Assembly: GCA_964394905.1 (NCBI GenBank)
Contig: CAYMZF010000002.1
Coordinates: 1 to 52,744 of the forward strand
DNA length: 52,744 nucleotides
Direction of reading: 5' to 3'
From: an uncultured Gammaproteobacteria bacterium
Lineage (GTDB): Bacteria > Patescibacteriota > Patescibacteriia > Patescibacteriales > UBA12465
Positions within the stretch are counted from its first letter, which is position 1; each line of letters begins with the position of its first letter. Below are positions 35,239 through 44,825 of this stretch, piece by piece. Both the position numbers and the translations under genes were made by a program. A model generated the notes under the pieces. That model was not told where the DNA came from, did no database searches, and saw nothing but the letters and a program-made list of their open reading frames with translations.

Positions 35239-36447
35239 ATGATTTACAAGCGGAAAATAATTGATGAAATATTAACTTTTATTGATTTAGAAGAAATAAT
35301 TGTTTTACATGGTGCTCGGCAAGTTGGTAAAACTCATATTTTATTATGGTTACAAAATTATTTAGAAGATAAAAAAGAAAACACTTATTTTATTGATTTA
35401 GAAGATTCTAGATTTAAAAAAATTTTAGATTTGGGAACCGACGAGTTTATTAATCATTTAAAAGAAGAGGGAGTTTATCCTAAAGATGAAAAAAAAGTTT
35501 ATATTTTTATTGATGAAATTCAATATTTAGAAAATCCATCAAATTTTTTAAAATTAATAGCTGATCATTATAAAAATATTAAATTAATTGTTTCTGGTTC
35601 TTCCAGTTTTGAAATAAAAAATAAATTTAAAGATTCATTGGTTGGTCGTACAATTAATTTTGAAATTTTTAATTTATCTTTTGAAGAATTTTTATTGTTT
35701 AAAGGTTATAATTATAATCAAAATCAAGTTTTTACAGAAAAGAAAATTGAAGAATTAAAAATGTTATATAAAGAATTTGTTTTATTTGGTGCTTATCCTA
35801 AGATAGCTTTAATTGATGAAATAAAAGTAAAAGAAAAAAGATTACAGCAAATAATTGATACTTATATTAAAAAAGACATAAAAGAATTGGCTAATATTGA
35901 TAATATTGAAAGTTTTAATAAATTAATTGAGATTTTAGCCTCTCAAAGCGGTCAAATAATAAATGTTAAAGAGTTGTCAGATACTTGTAATTTATCAGTT
36001 CCAACTATTGAAAAATATCTTTTTATTTTAGAACAAACGTATATTATAAAATTAGTGAAACCGTATAATAAAAATATTAGAAGTGAATTAGTGAAAGCTC
36101 CAAAAGTATTTTTTTATGATTCTGGCTTGATGCAAATGTTAATCTTTAAAAGTTTAACTAAAGAAATTATTGGTAATGTTTTTGAAACTAATATTTTTTC
36201 AGAATTAATAAAAAAATACAAATCCGATAACATTTATTATTGGAGAACTAAAGATAAAAAAGAAATAGATTTTATTATTAAAGAAAAAAACAATATTATT
36301 CCGGTTGAAGTTAAATTAAATTTTGCCCGAGCTGATTTTTCAGCTATCAATTATTTTTTAAAAGAATATAATTTAGATAAAAATTTTATTATTGCTTTAG
36401 ATGGAAATAAAGATAAAAAAACATATATTTATCCTTGGGAGATTTGA
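35239..36447 (+). CDS. AAA+ ATPase with DUF4143-type C-terminal region (AAA_14/DUF4143 family; C-terminal PD-(D/E)xK-like motif)
   Basis: Walker A GARQVGKT, Walker B VYIFIDEIQ, a winged-helix-like middle region, and a C-terminus KKEIDFII...IIPVEVK (D...E-x-K pattern). Confidence 0.75.
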   Translation: MIYKRKIIDEILTFIDLEEIIVLHGARQVGKTHILLWLQNYLEDKKENTYFIDLEDSRFKKILDLGTDEFINHLKEEGVYPKDEKKVYIFIDEIQYLENPSNFLKLIADHYKNIKLIVSGSSSFEIKNKFKDSLVGRTINFEIFNLSFEEFLLFKGYNYNQNQVFTEKKIEELKMLYKEFVLFGAYPKIALIDEIKVKEKRLQQIIDTYIKKDIKELANIDNIESFNKLIEILASQSGQIINVKELSDTCNLSVPTIEKYLFILEQTYIIKLVKPYNKNIRSELVKAPKVFFYDSGLMQMLIFKSLTKEIIGNVFETNIFSELIKKYKSDNIYYWRTKDKKEIDFIIKEKNNIIPVEVKLNFARADFSAINYFLKEYNLDKNFIIALDGNKDKKTYIYPWEI

Positions 36448-36500
36448 TTTTTTTATTTTTTTGCTATAATAGAATAACTAATAATTATTAATTGTAAAAT

Positions 36501-37787
36501 ATGAAAGTTACAAGAAAAGATTTAGAAAAGTCACAAATTGAACTTACCGTTGAGGTTAGTGTAGAAGAGTTTACTCCTTTTATTCAAAAAGGAGCCGAAG
36601 CTTTGTCTAAGGAAATAAAAATTGAAGGTTTTCGTCCTGGAAAAGTTCCTTTTGAAATTTTAAAACAAAAGGTAGGAGAAATGAGTATTTTAGAAGAAGC
36701 TTCTCGACTTGTTATTAATAAACAAATTTTTGAAGTCATAAAAGAAAATATAAAAGACAAACAAGTAGTTGGAAATCCAGAAATTAGTATTAATAAATTA
36801 GCTCCCGGCAATCCTTTAGAATATAAAATTAAAGTTATTGTTTTACCGGAAATTACTTTAGGGGCTTATAAAGATTTTGCTTTGACTTCTGACAAAAATG
36901 AAGCTCAGGAAAGTGAAATTAATAAAATTTTAGACGACTTAGTGGAAATGCGAGCTACAGAAAAAATTTCTGAAGAAGCTATAAAAATTGGAGACAAGGT
37001 TATTACATCTGTTAATTTATTTTTAGATAAAGTTCCGGTAGAGGATGGACAAAACCCCGAAGCGACAGTTTTGGTCGGAAAAAATTATTTTGTGGAAGGG
37101 TTTGATAAAAATTTAGTTGGTTTAAAAAAAGGCGATACTAAAGAATTTAGTATTGTTTATCCGGAAAATCATTGGCAAAAAAATTTGGCCGGAAAATTAG
37201 TTGATTTTAAAATAGAAATAAAAGAAATTTATAACCGAATAAAACCGGAAATTAATGATGATTTGGCTAAAATTTTTCGTTTTAAAAATTTAACAGAATT
37301 AAAAAATAATTTAAAAAAAACCGTTGAGGACCAAAAAAAGAAAGAAAATGATCAAAAAATTGAAGTAAAAATTCTTGATAAAATTATAGAAAAATCCAAA
37401 TTTGGTGATATTGCTGATGAATTGATAAAAAATGAGTCCGAAATTATGATACGGGAAATAGAACAAAGTGTTACTTCTCAAGGCGGTAAATTTGAAGATT
37501 ATTTAAAGAGTATTTCAAAAAGCGAAGATCAATTAAAATTAGATTTAATGCCCAATGCCGTAAAGCGGGTAAAAAGTGCTTTAATTTTAAAAGAAATCGC
37601 TAAAATAGAAAAAATTGATATAAGTGACGAAGAAGTTCATAAAGAAATTGATACTTTAAAGAATTATTATAAAGATAATGTTGAAGCGATTAAAAATATA
37701 TCTAGTCCCGCTTATCATTCTTATCTAGAAAATTTTCTTTTAAATCAAAAAATAATTGATAATTTAAAAAAATGGAATATCGTTTAG
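36501..37787 (+). CDS. tig: trigger factor
   Basis: N-terminal ribosome-binding domain (GFRPGKVP motif), a central FKBP-like region, and a C-terminal helical arm. Confidence 0.92.
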   Translation: MKVTRKDLEKSQIELTVEVSVEEFTPFIQKGAEALSKEIKIEGFRPGKVPFEILKQKVGEMSILEEASRLVINKQIFEVIKENIKDKQVVGNPEISINKLAPGNPLEYKIKVIVLPEITLGAYKDFALTSDKNEAQESEINKILDDLVEMRATEKISEEAIKIGDKVITSVNLFLDKVPVEDGQNPEATVLVGKNYFVEGFDKNLVGLKKGDTKEFSIVYPENHWQKNLAGKLVDFKIEIKEIYNRIKPEINDDLAKIFRFKNLTELKNNLKKTVEDQKKKENDQKIEVKILDKIIEKSKFGDIADELIKNESEIMIREIEQSVTSQGGKFEDYLKSISKSEDQLKLDLMPNAVKRVKSALILKEIAKIEKIDISDEEVHKEIDTLKNYYKDNVEAIKNISSPAYHSYLENFLLNQKIIDNLKKWNIV

Positions 37788-37817
37788 ATTTTTAAATTTT
37801 CTAAGCGGTTTAATAAA

Positions 37818-38291
37818 ATGAAAATATTAGCCGTTAATAAAAGAGCTACTTTTGATTATCAGGTTTTAGAAACATTTGAAGCCGGTTTAGTTTTGTTTGG
37901 TTATGAGGTTAAATCTTTAAGAAATGGCCAAGCTAATTTGAAGGGTTCTTATATTTCTTTCGGTACCGATCCGCAAAATTCTTCCGAAGCTTTTTTAGTT
38001 AATTCTTATATCCCTTTATATAAACCGGCCGGTGAAATAGAAAATTATAATCCAGAACGTCCGCGAAAACTTTTATTAAAAAAGAAAGAATTGGGTTATT
38101 TAACGGGAAAAATACAGGAAAAGGGCTTGACAGTTATTCCAATTAAGTTATATACTAAGGACAGTTTTATCAAATTAGAAGTGGCAATTGTTAAAGGAAA
38201 AAAATCTTTTGACAAGAGAGAAGATTTAAAGAAAAAAGATATAGAAAAACATATTAGAACTTTAACAAAGCAAAGAGTAAAAAAATTTTAG
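37818..38291 (+). CDS. smpB: SsrA-binding protein SmpB
   Basis: NKRATFDYQVLETFEAGLVLFGYEVKSLR, RPRKLLLKKKEL, and a basic C-terminal tail. Confidence 0.93.
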   Translation: MKILAVNKRATFDYQVLETFEAGLVLFGYEVKSLRNGQANLKGSYISFGTDPQNSSEAFLVNSYIPLYKPAGEIENYNPERPRKLLLKKKELGYLTGKIQEKGLTVIPIKLYTKDSFIKLEVAIVKGKKSFDKREDLKKKDIEKHIRTLTKQRVKKF

Positions 38292-38672
38292 GGGATGACT
38301 TTGGCTTCGATAACGAGATCTTTTTTTAAATATTCAAAGCATGTTGAACGTCATGACAAAATGTTCAAAACATAAGTGTAAAAAACACTATAGCAAAAGC
38401 CGCTTTCTCATGGAAAGTTCCAGCTTTTGTTCCTGTTGTCGCTTAATAAACGCGATAACCATCGGTCCAGTGACTCCTTATGGCTGAAAACCGGTGTCAT
38501 TTATAAGGATAGGCTGAAAATTTTCTTCGTTTTATTGCCGAAAGATTAGAAGAATAGTTATTATCTTGTTTAGCTTAATTTTAGAGATAATAATTAAATC
38601 ATCAATTAAGCTATTTTTGTAAAAGTATTTAAAAAAACTTGTTAGACACGGGTTCAATTCCCGTCATCTCCA
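38291..38672 (+). ncRNA. ssrA: tmRNA (SsrA)
   Basis: The 5' GGGGATG pairs with the 3' CATCTCC, including a G3-U pair. The 3' tRNA-like end is GACACGGGTTCAATTCCCGTCATCTCCA. An internal tag frame GCA AAA GCC ... GTC GCT TAA TAA lies at 38393-38449. The first G is the last base of the smpB stop codon. Confidence 0.88.
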
Positions 38673-38687
38673 CAGTTAGAAATATAT

Positions 38688-38771
38688 GCCGCGATGGCGG
38701 AACTGGTAGACGCGCTGGACTTAAAATCCAGTGATAGCGATATCGTGGGAGTTCGATTCTCCCTCGCGGCA
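38688..38771 (+). tRNA. tRNA-Leu (anticodon UAA)
   Basis: Acceptor GCCGCGA/TCGCGGC, anticodon arm CTGGA-ctTAAaa-TCCAG, a long variable arm, and T-arm GGGAG-TTCGATT-CTCCC. Confidence 0.9.
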
Positions 38772-38782
38772 CATTTATTCAA

Positions 38783-38854
38783 GCGGGTATCGTATAGTGG
38801 CTATTATGCGACCTTGCCAAGGTCGAGAGACGGGTTCAATTCCCGTTACCCGCT
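38783..38854 (+). tRNA. tRNA-Gly (anticodon GCC)
   Basis: Acceptor GCGGGTA/TACCCGC, anticodon arm CGACC-ttGCCaa-GGTCG, and T-arm ACGGG-TTCAATT-CCCGT. Confidence 0.9.
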
Positions 38855-38885
38855 CTATTTCATCTTAAAAAATAATATTTAAAAA

Positions 38886-39449
38886 ATGAGAAGAAAATTT
38901 AGGTTTCCTAAAGTTGATAAAACTAAAATTGAAAAACAATTTAATTACAACGAGAAAATACGAGCGACTGAGGTTTTTTTAATTAACGAAGAAGGAGACA
39001 ATGTCGGAGTAATGCCGACTTACAAAGCCTTAGCTATGGCGCAAGAGGTTGGTTTAGATTTAGTGGAAGTAAATCCTAAAGCTGAAATTCCAGTTGCTAA
39101 AATATTGGATTTAGGCCAGTTTAAGTATGAATTAGATAAAAAAAGTCATAAGCAAAAAGTTTTACAAAAAAAAGTTGAAATTAAAAACATTCGTTTATCT
39201 TTAAGAATTAGTAAACATGATTTTGATGTTCGAGTTGAACAAGCTTATAAATTTTTATTAAAAAACAATAAAACTAAGATTGAATTAGTTTTAAAGGGAC
39301 GAGAAAAACAACATTTTGAAAAAGGACGTGAAATAGTCATGGAATTTGTAAATGATTTAAAAAATCATCCGGAAATTAAAATAGAAGAAGAACAACCCTT
39401 GACAAAGCAGCCCGGAGGGTTTAGTATTATATTAGTTAATAAAAAATAA
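38886..39449 (+). CDS. infC: translation initiation factor IF-3
   Basis: NEKIRATEVFLINEEGDNVGVM, DLVEVNPKAEIPVAKILD, and a C-terminal domain. It is followed by rpmI-rplT as in the conserved operon. The true start codon is uncertain. Confidence 0.9.
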   Translation: MRRKFRFPKVDKTKIEKQFNYNEKIRATEVFLINEEGDNVGVMPTYKALAMAQEVGLDLVEVNPKAEIPVAKILDLGQFKYELDKKSHKQKVLQKKVEIKNIRLSLRISKHDFDVRVEQAYKFLLKNNKTKIELVLKGREKQHFEKGREIVMEFVNDLKNHPEIKIEEEQPLTKQPGGFSIILVNKK

Positions 39450-39504
39450 AAGATTGCTAAAATCAGGTTTTAGATAGCCTGTTTTTTTAGCTTTTTATAG
39501 TTAT

Positions 39505-39702
39505 ATGCCAAAAATTAAGACACATAAAGCTACTAGTAAAAGATTTACTAAAACTGCTACTGATAAAATCAGACATCGAAAATGTGGGCAGGATCATTTT
39601 AATTCTAGAGAATCGGGAAATACAACTAGAAAAAAAAGACGAGATTTAGATGTTAGTAAAACAATTGAAAAGACCATAAAAAACCTAACACCTTATAAAT
39701 AA
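39505..39702 (+). CDS. rpmI: 50S ribosomal protein L35
   Basis: MPKIKTHKATSKRF start. 65 aa and basic. Confidence 0.93.
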   Translation: MPKIKTHKATSKRFTKTATDKIRHRKCGQDHFNSRESGNTTRKKRRDLDVSKTIEKTIKNLTPYK

Positions 39703-39759
39703 TTATTAATTTTTCAAAATACAAAAATACAATTTTTGGTTTTTGATTGAGATACTATT

Positions 39760-40113
39760 ATGCCAAGAGTTAAAAGAGGCACCATGCACGTAAAGGGCCG
39801 AAGAAATCTTTTAAAGAAAGTAAAAGGTTATAAATGGGGCCGAAAAAAATTGATTAAATTAGCTAAGACCGCTCAAACCAAAGCCGGAGCTCATGCTTTT
39901 ATGGATCGTCGTAAAAAGAAACGAACTAATCGCGGTTTATGGCAAATAAAAATAAATGCTTTTGTTAGAGAGCAAGGTCTTTCTTATTCTCGTTTTATTG
40001 ATGCTTTAAAAAAGAATAAGATTGAATTAGATCGAAAAGTTTTAGCTGATTTAGCCGTTAATAATAAAAAAGTTTTGGCTAAAATAGTGGAAGAAGTGAC
40101 TATAAAAAAGTAA
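39760..40113 (+). CDS. rplT: 50S ribosomal protein L20
   Basis: MPRVKRGTMHVKGRRNLLKKVKGY and RKKKRTNRGLWQIKINA. Confidence 0.95.
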   Translation: MPRVKRGTMHVKGRRNLLKKVKGYKWGRKKLIKLAKTAQTKAGAHAFMDRRKKKRTNRGLWQIKINAFVREQGLSYSRFIDALKKNKIELDRKVLADLAVNNKKVLAKIVEEVTIKK

Positions 40114-40142
40114 AATATTTAATTACCGATAAATTTAAAATT

Positions 40143-40361
40143 ATGCAAATACTTAGAATAGCTCAAATTGTCATATCAATTCTTCTTATTATAGTTATTT
40201 TGTTACAAAGTCGAGGAACTGCTTTAGGTGGTGTTTTTGGCGGTAGTAGCTCAGTTTTTTTAACTAAAAGAGGTATCGAAAAAAAACTTTTTATTTTTAC
40301 TATTATTTTAGCAGTATTATTTTTTGTTGTCTCTTTGGCCTCAGTTTTTTTGAATAAATAA
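40143..40361 (+). CDS. secG: preprotein translocase subunit SecG
   Basis: 72 aa with two TM helices and LLQSRGTALGGVFGG between them. Confidence 0.8.
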   Translation: MQILRIAQIVISILLIIVILLQSRGTALGGVFGGSSSVFLTKRGIEKKLFIFTIILAVLFFVVSLASVFLNK

Positions 40362-40384
40362 AATTACTTTATTAAAATTAAATT

Positions 40385-42535
40385 GTGAAAACGATTAATT
40401 CATCTGGAGATCAATTAAATACTTTAGTTAAAAAAGAGAAAAGGGAAAATGTTTTTTTCCGGTTTTTTCGCATTTTTAAAAAGAAAAAAATAAATTCGGA
40501 TGTAGATGAGACTTTAAATGATTTAGATAATAAATTGGTTTATTCTTTGTCACCAAAAAAGATTCCTAATTTTAAACAATTAAAATATACCAAAAAAGTT
40601 TTAAGTCCGATTGAAAAGCTATTATTAAACATTTTTATAATTTTAATTGTAGTTGCATTAATTTTTTTAGGTGTTAAATTTTTAAAAAAACATGTAAATG
40701 CTTATCCAAAAGCGGGAGGAGAATATATTGAAGGAATGGTTGGATCGCCTAAAAATATAAACCCACTTTATGATTCTGCTCGTGATGTAGATAGTGATAT
40801 TAGTCGTTTAATTTATTCATCTTTATTTAAAAGAGATAAAAATGGACTAATAATTAATGATTTGGTTGAAAATTATTCAGTTAGTAATAATGGTTTAGAA
40901 TATACTATTAAGATAAAAGAAAATGTAAAATGGCATAATGGTGAACAATTATCGGCCAATGACGTTATATTTACCTTTGAAGCTATTAAAAATCCTGATT
41001 ACGGTTCTAATCTTCGTAGTGTTTTTTCTGGTGTAAATATTGTAGCCATTGATGATTATTCTTTTAAGTTTGTTTTAACCGAAACTTATCCGGAGTTTAT
41101 AGAATTATTGACTTTTGGAATATTACCGCAAAATTTATGGGGTGATGTTTCATCGGCCAATGCTTTTTTAAACGAATTAAATATTAAACCGATTGGTTCC
41201 GGCCCTTATAAATTTAAATCACTAACTAAAAATAAATCAGGTGATATAAAAGAATTTACTCTAGTGGCTAACACTGATTATTATGATCAGAGTCCGTATA
41301 TCAGTAAATTAATTTTAAAATTTTATAGTAATTATAACGAATTAGTTAGTGCTTTAAATAATAATGAAGTTGACGGATTAAGTTATTTACCACATAGTTT
41401 AAAATCCGATTTAGTTTCGCAAAATTCTTTAAATTTTAATAGTTTAAATTTACCGCAGATAACTTCTATTTTTTTGAATTCTAAAAAAAATTCAATTTTA
41501 TCTGATAATAAAATTCGTCAAGCTTTAACTGAGTTCATTGATCGTAACAAAATTTGTGATGAAATTTTTTCTGGTAACGCCAAAACAGCTTATGGACCAA
41601 TTTTACCAAGCAGTGCTTCGTATAATGATAATATTACAAAGCATGAATATAATTACGAAGAAGCCTCCACTATTTTAAATGAGGCCGGTTGGAATATAGT
41701 TGAATTAAAAGCGAATGAAGTTTCTTTAATTAAAGAAGTTATTGATTTAGAAAAACAAAAAAAAGAGGCTGAAGCGGTTGTAGCGACTTCTACCGAAACC
41801 GCCGTTGAAGATTTAAATAATCAAAATACTGCAGACGAAAAATCAACCAGCAATATAGTCGATATTAATGCCACTTTGGCTACTAGAACCGAAACTTTAA
41901 AAGCGATTGACAATTGGGAAATAAAGAGAAATATTATTGAAACTTTCGCTTTAAATGATGAAGAATTAATAGGTAATTGGAGATACAAAGCCACTAAGGA
42001 CAGTGGTAAACCCTATAATTATTTAACCATTAATCTAACCACAGTTGACTTAATTGATAATATTTCAGTAGCTGAATTTATAAAAACATCTTGGGAAAGT
42101 GCCGGTATAAAAACTTTTATTAAAACTATCAGTTCTAATCAGGTACAATCAGAAATAATAAAACAAAAGAATTTTGAAGCTTTGCTTTTAAGCCAAGTAG
42201 TCGGTAGCGACCAAGATGTTTATTCTTTTTGGCATTCTTCCCAAATAAGTGAAACCGGTTTAAATATTTCCGAATATAAAAACAAAGAAGTTGATAAAAT
42301 ATTAGAGGAAGCTCGAACCTCTTTAAAATCAGATGAGCGAATTGAAAAATATAAAAAGTTTCAAGAACTTTTAAGCGCTGATTCGCCGGTTATTTTTCTT
42401 TATTTTCCGACTTATAACTATATTCAAAATAAAAAAGTAAAAGGTTTTGATTTTGTAAATATTTTAAATCCGGCGGATCGTTTTAATAATATTTCTTATT
42501 GGTATATAAAAGTAGATCGTAAAATTGAATTTTAG
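40385..42535 (+). CDS. TM-anchored ABC-transporter family-5 (peptide/nickel, OppA-like) solute-binding protein homolog
   Basis: GTG start, a basic N-terminus, and a TM helix (LLLNIFIILIVVALIFLGV). SBP_bac_5-like core: GGEYIEGMVGSPKNINPLY, KWHNGEQLSANDVIFTFE, GSGPYKF. There is an acidic insert near aa 450-500. No permease or ATPase gene is adjacent. Confidence 0.75.
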   Translation: MKTINSSGDQLNTLVKKEKRENVFFRFFRIFKKKKINSDVDETLNDLDNKLVYSLSPKKIPNFKQLKYTKKVLSPIEKLLLNIFIILIVVALIFLGVKFLKKHVNAYPKAGGEYIEGMVGSPKNINPLYDSARDVDSDISRLIYSSLFKRDKNGLIINDLVENYSVSNNGLEYTIKIKENVKWHNGEQLSANDVIFTFEAIKNPDYGSNLRSVFSGVNIVAIDDYSFKFVLTETYPEFIELLTFGILPQNLWGDVSSANAFLNELNIKPIGSGPYKFKSLTKNKSGDIKEFTLVANTDYYDQSPYISKLILKFYSNYNELVSALNNNEVDGLSYLPHSLKSDLVSQNSLNFNSLNLPQITSIFLNSKKNSILSDNKIRQALTEFIDRNKICDEIFSGNAKTAYGPILPSSASYNDNITKHEYNYEEASTILNEAGWNIVELKANEVSLIKEVIDLEKQKKEAEAVVATSTETAVEDLNNQNTADEKSTSNIVDINATLATRTETLKAIDNWEIKRNIIETFALNDEELIGNWRYKATKDSGKPYNYLTINLTTVDLIDNISVAEFIKTSWESAGIKTFIKTISSNQVQSEIIKQKNFEALLLSQVVGSDQDVYSFWHSSQISETGLNISEYKNKEVDKILEEARTSLKSDERIEKYKKFQELLSADSPVIFLYFPTYNYIQNKKVKGFDFVNILNPADRFNNISYWYIKVDRKIEF

Positions 42536-42653
42536 ATTTAATCATCCCTAAACTTTAAATAAAAATTTACTCTTTAAATATAAATTTAATAAGAATCTAA
42601 TTTTTTATTTTAGCTTTATTTTAAATGAAACAATGCTAAAATAATTTTTTGTT

Positions 42654-44582
42654 ATGATAGATAAATATCAAGCTTTTTCTCCAGACAATTCTAAAAATGT
42701 TCGGTCTTTTAATTCGGTACCGACTACTTTGAATAATCCGAGATTAGCTCCTCGAAAAAATGTTAATACTTACCATTCTGCCGGAAATTACCAAGCGGTA
42801 GGAGGTTTTCGTAAAAAAAATAATTTCAAAAATCCAGTTAAAAATGTTTCTAAAGAATTACCGGAAATAAAAACTTTTGATAATACCGGCAAATTAAGAG
42901 TTATGGTTTTAGGTGGATTGGAAGAAGTTGGACGAAACATGACGGTAATTGAATATGAAAAAGAAATTATTATTATTGATATGGGTTTACAATTTCCTGA
43001 AGAAGATATGCCCGGAATTGATTATGTTATTCCCAATGTTTCTTATTTGGAAGATAAAAAAGATCGCATTAAAGCCGTCTTTATAACCCATGGTCATTTT
43101 GATCATATTGGTGGTATTCCTCATATTATGGGAGTTATCGGTAATCCGCCGATGTTTATGGGTAAAATGACCGCCGGTTTAGTTCGTAAAAGAATCGCCG
43201 AATTTAAACAAGCCCCAGTTTTAAAAATTAAAGAAATTACTGAATTTGATCGCGTTAAAATTTCTGATAAATTACAAGTTGAATTTTTGCGAGTTAATCA
43301 TTCTATTCCTGATTGTTTTGCTATAATTATAAACACTCCATTGGGCAAGGTTGTTCATACCGGAGATTTTAAAATTGACTTTACTCCCGTTAACGATAAG
43401 CCGGCGGATTTAAATCGTATTGCTCAATTGGGAGCGGAAAATATTTTATTAATGATGTCGGATTCAACCGATGCCGTTCATCTTGGTTATCAAATTTCCG
43501 AGTCGGCTATTGGAGACGAAATGGATAAATTATTTGAAAAAATTACCGGTCGAATTATTATCGGAACTTTTGCTTCTCAGCTAAGTCGTATTCAAAAGAT
43601 TTTTGATTTAGCTAAAAAATATGGTCGTCGAATTTCGCTTCAAGGAAGAAGTATTAATGATAACGTTGAAGTGGCTCATCAAATAAATTATTTAAAATTT
43701 GATCCTAAAATTATAGTTGAAGATAAAGATTTAAATCGTTTGCGTGATGATAAGATTATTATTATCGGTACCGGAGCTCAAGGAGAAAACAACGCCTTTT
43801 TATCTCGTGTAGTAAATAATGAACATCGAGTTATCAGTTTAAGATCAGGTGATACCGTTATCTTTTCATCATCGGTTATTCCAGGTAATGAAAGAACTAT
43901 TCAAAATTTAATGGATATGGTTGTCCGACAAGGAGCTAAAATTATTAACTATAAAATGATGGACATTCACGCTGGAGGTCATGCTAAGCAGGAAGATTTA
44001 AAGTTAATGATGCGTTTAATTCGTCCTCAATATTTTATGCCGATTGAAGCTAATCACTATATGCTTCAAGCTCATGCTGAATTGGCCGAACAAGTGGGAA
44101 TATTTAAAGAGAATATTTTTGTGGCTGATAATGGACAAGTGGTTGAATTTAAAAAGGGTCATAAAGTAATAAATGATAAAAAATTTGAAGTTTTAGGAAC
44201 TTTAACCAAAGAAAAAGTACCGAGTGATTATGTTATGGTTGATGGATTGGGCGTCGGTGATGTATCAGCTATTGTTTTACGTGATCGTCGAGTAATGTCG
44301 GAAGACGGTATGATTGTAGTTATTGTAACAATTGATTCTAAAACCGGTGATTTAATCGGTAGTCCCGATTTAATTTCTCGTGGTTTTATTTATATGAAAG
44401 AAAATCGTGATTTAATTGAAAAGGTTAGATCTAAAGTTAAATTTATCGTTAAAGATAAAAATGATAATACTCCGGCTGATGACGATTATATTAAAAATAA
44501 AATTAGAAATGAAGTTGGTCAATTTTTGTTTGGAGCCACCAAACGACGGCCGATGGTTTTGCCAGTGGTTATTAAAATTTAA
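42654..44582 (+). CDS. rnj: ribonuclease J (beta-CASP metallo-beta-lactamase) with ~80-aa N-terminal extension
   Basis: LGGLEEVGRNMT, ITHGHFDHIGG, HTGDFKID, SDSTDA, and HAGGHAKQEDL. Confidence 0.9.
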   Translation: MIDKYQAFSPDNSKNVRSFNSVPTTLNNPRLAPRKNVNTYHSAGNYQAVGGFRKKNNFKNPVKNVSKELPEIKTFDNTGKLRVMVLGGLEEVGRNMTVIEYEKEIIIIDMGLQFPEEDMPGIDYVIPNVSYLEDKKDRIKAVFITHGHFDHIGGIPHIMGVIGNPPMFMGKMTAGLVRKRIAEFKQAPVLKIKEITEFDRVKISDKLQVEFLRVNHSIPDCFAIIINTPLGKVVHTGDFKIDFTPVNDKPADLNRIAQLGAENILLMMSDSTDAVHLGYQISESAIGDEMDKLFEKITGRIIIGTFASQLSRIQKIFDLAKKYGRRISLQGRSINDNVEVAHQINYLKFDPKIIVEDKDLNRLRDDKIIIIGTGAQGENNAFLSRVVNNEHRVISLRSGDTVIFSSSVIPGNERTIQNLMDMVVRQGAKIINYKMMDIHAGGHAKQEDLKLMMRLIRPQYFMPIEANHYMLQAHAELAEQVGIFKENIFVADNGQVVEFKKGHKVINDKKFEVLGTLTKEKVPSDYVMVDGLGVGDVSAIVLRDRRVMSEDGMIVVIVTIDSKTGDLIGSPDLISRGFIYMKENRDLIEKVRSKVKFIVKDKNDNTPADDDYIKNKIRNEVGQFLFGATKRRPMVLPVVIKI

Positions 44583-44601
44583 TATAATACAAATTTTATA
44601 T

Positions 44602-44631
44602 AAAAAATATCCGGAAACGGATATTTTTTTT
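44602..44631 (+). terminator. rnj terminator
   Basis: AAAAAATATCCG-gaaa-CGGATATTTTTT with a GNRA loop, plus a further T-run. Confidence 0.75.
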
Positions 44632-44825
44632 GTTTTTATTTTAATATAACGATAAGCTCTTGCTTTTTTAAAGTAATTGTTTTATAATAATCTCACAAAT
44701 TAATAAGCCTTTTATAAACATCCCGAATTTAAGGCGGTCGGGAACTTTCTACTTTTTAAAAGAGAAGGTTAAATCATTCTTTTTTTATTTGTAATTAATT
44801 TTATTATAGATAAAAATATTTTTTT

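Noticed and set aside
38694-38882. 62-aa ORF (MAELVDALDLKSSD...).
   Set aside because: It is a translation of tRNA-Leu and tRNA-Gly and their spacers, so it is not a protein gene.
39450-39504. Weak hairpin (CAGG-N10-CCTG plus a T-run) between infC and rpmI, as a possible L20-responsive attenuator.
   Set aside because: The stem is only 4-5 bp and I could not see the L20-binding pseudoknot features, so the evidence is insufficient.
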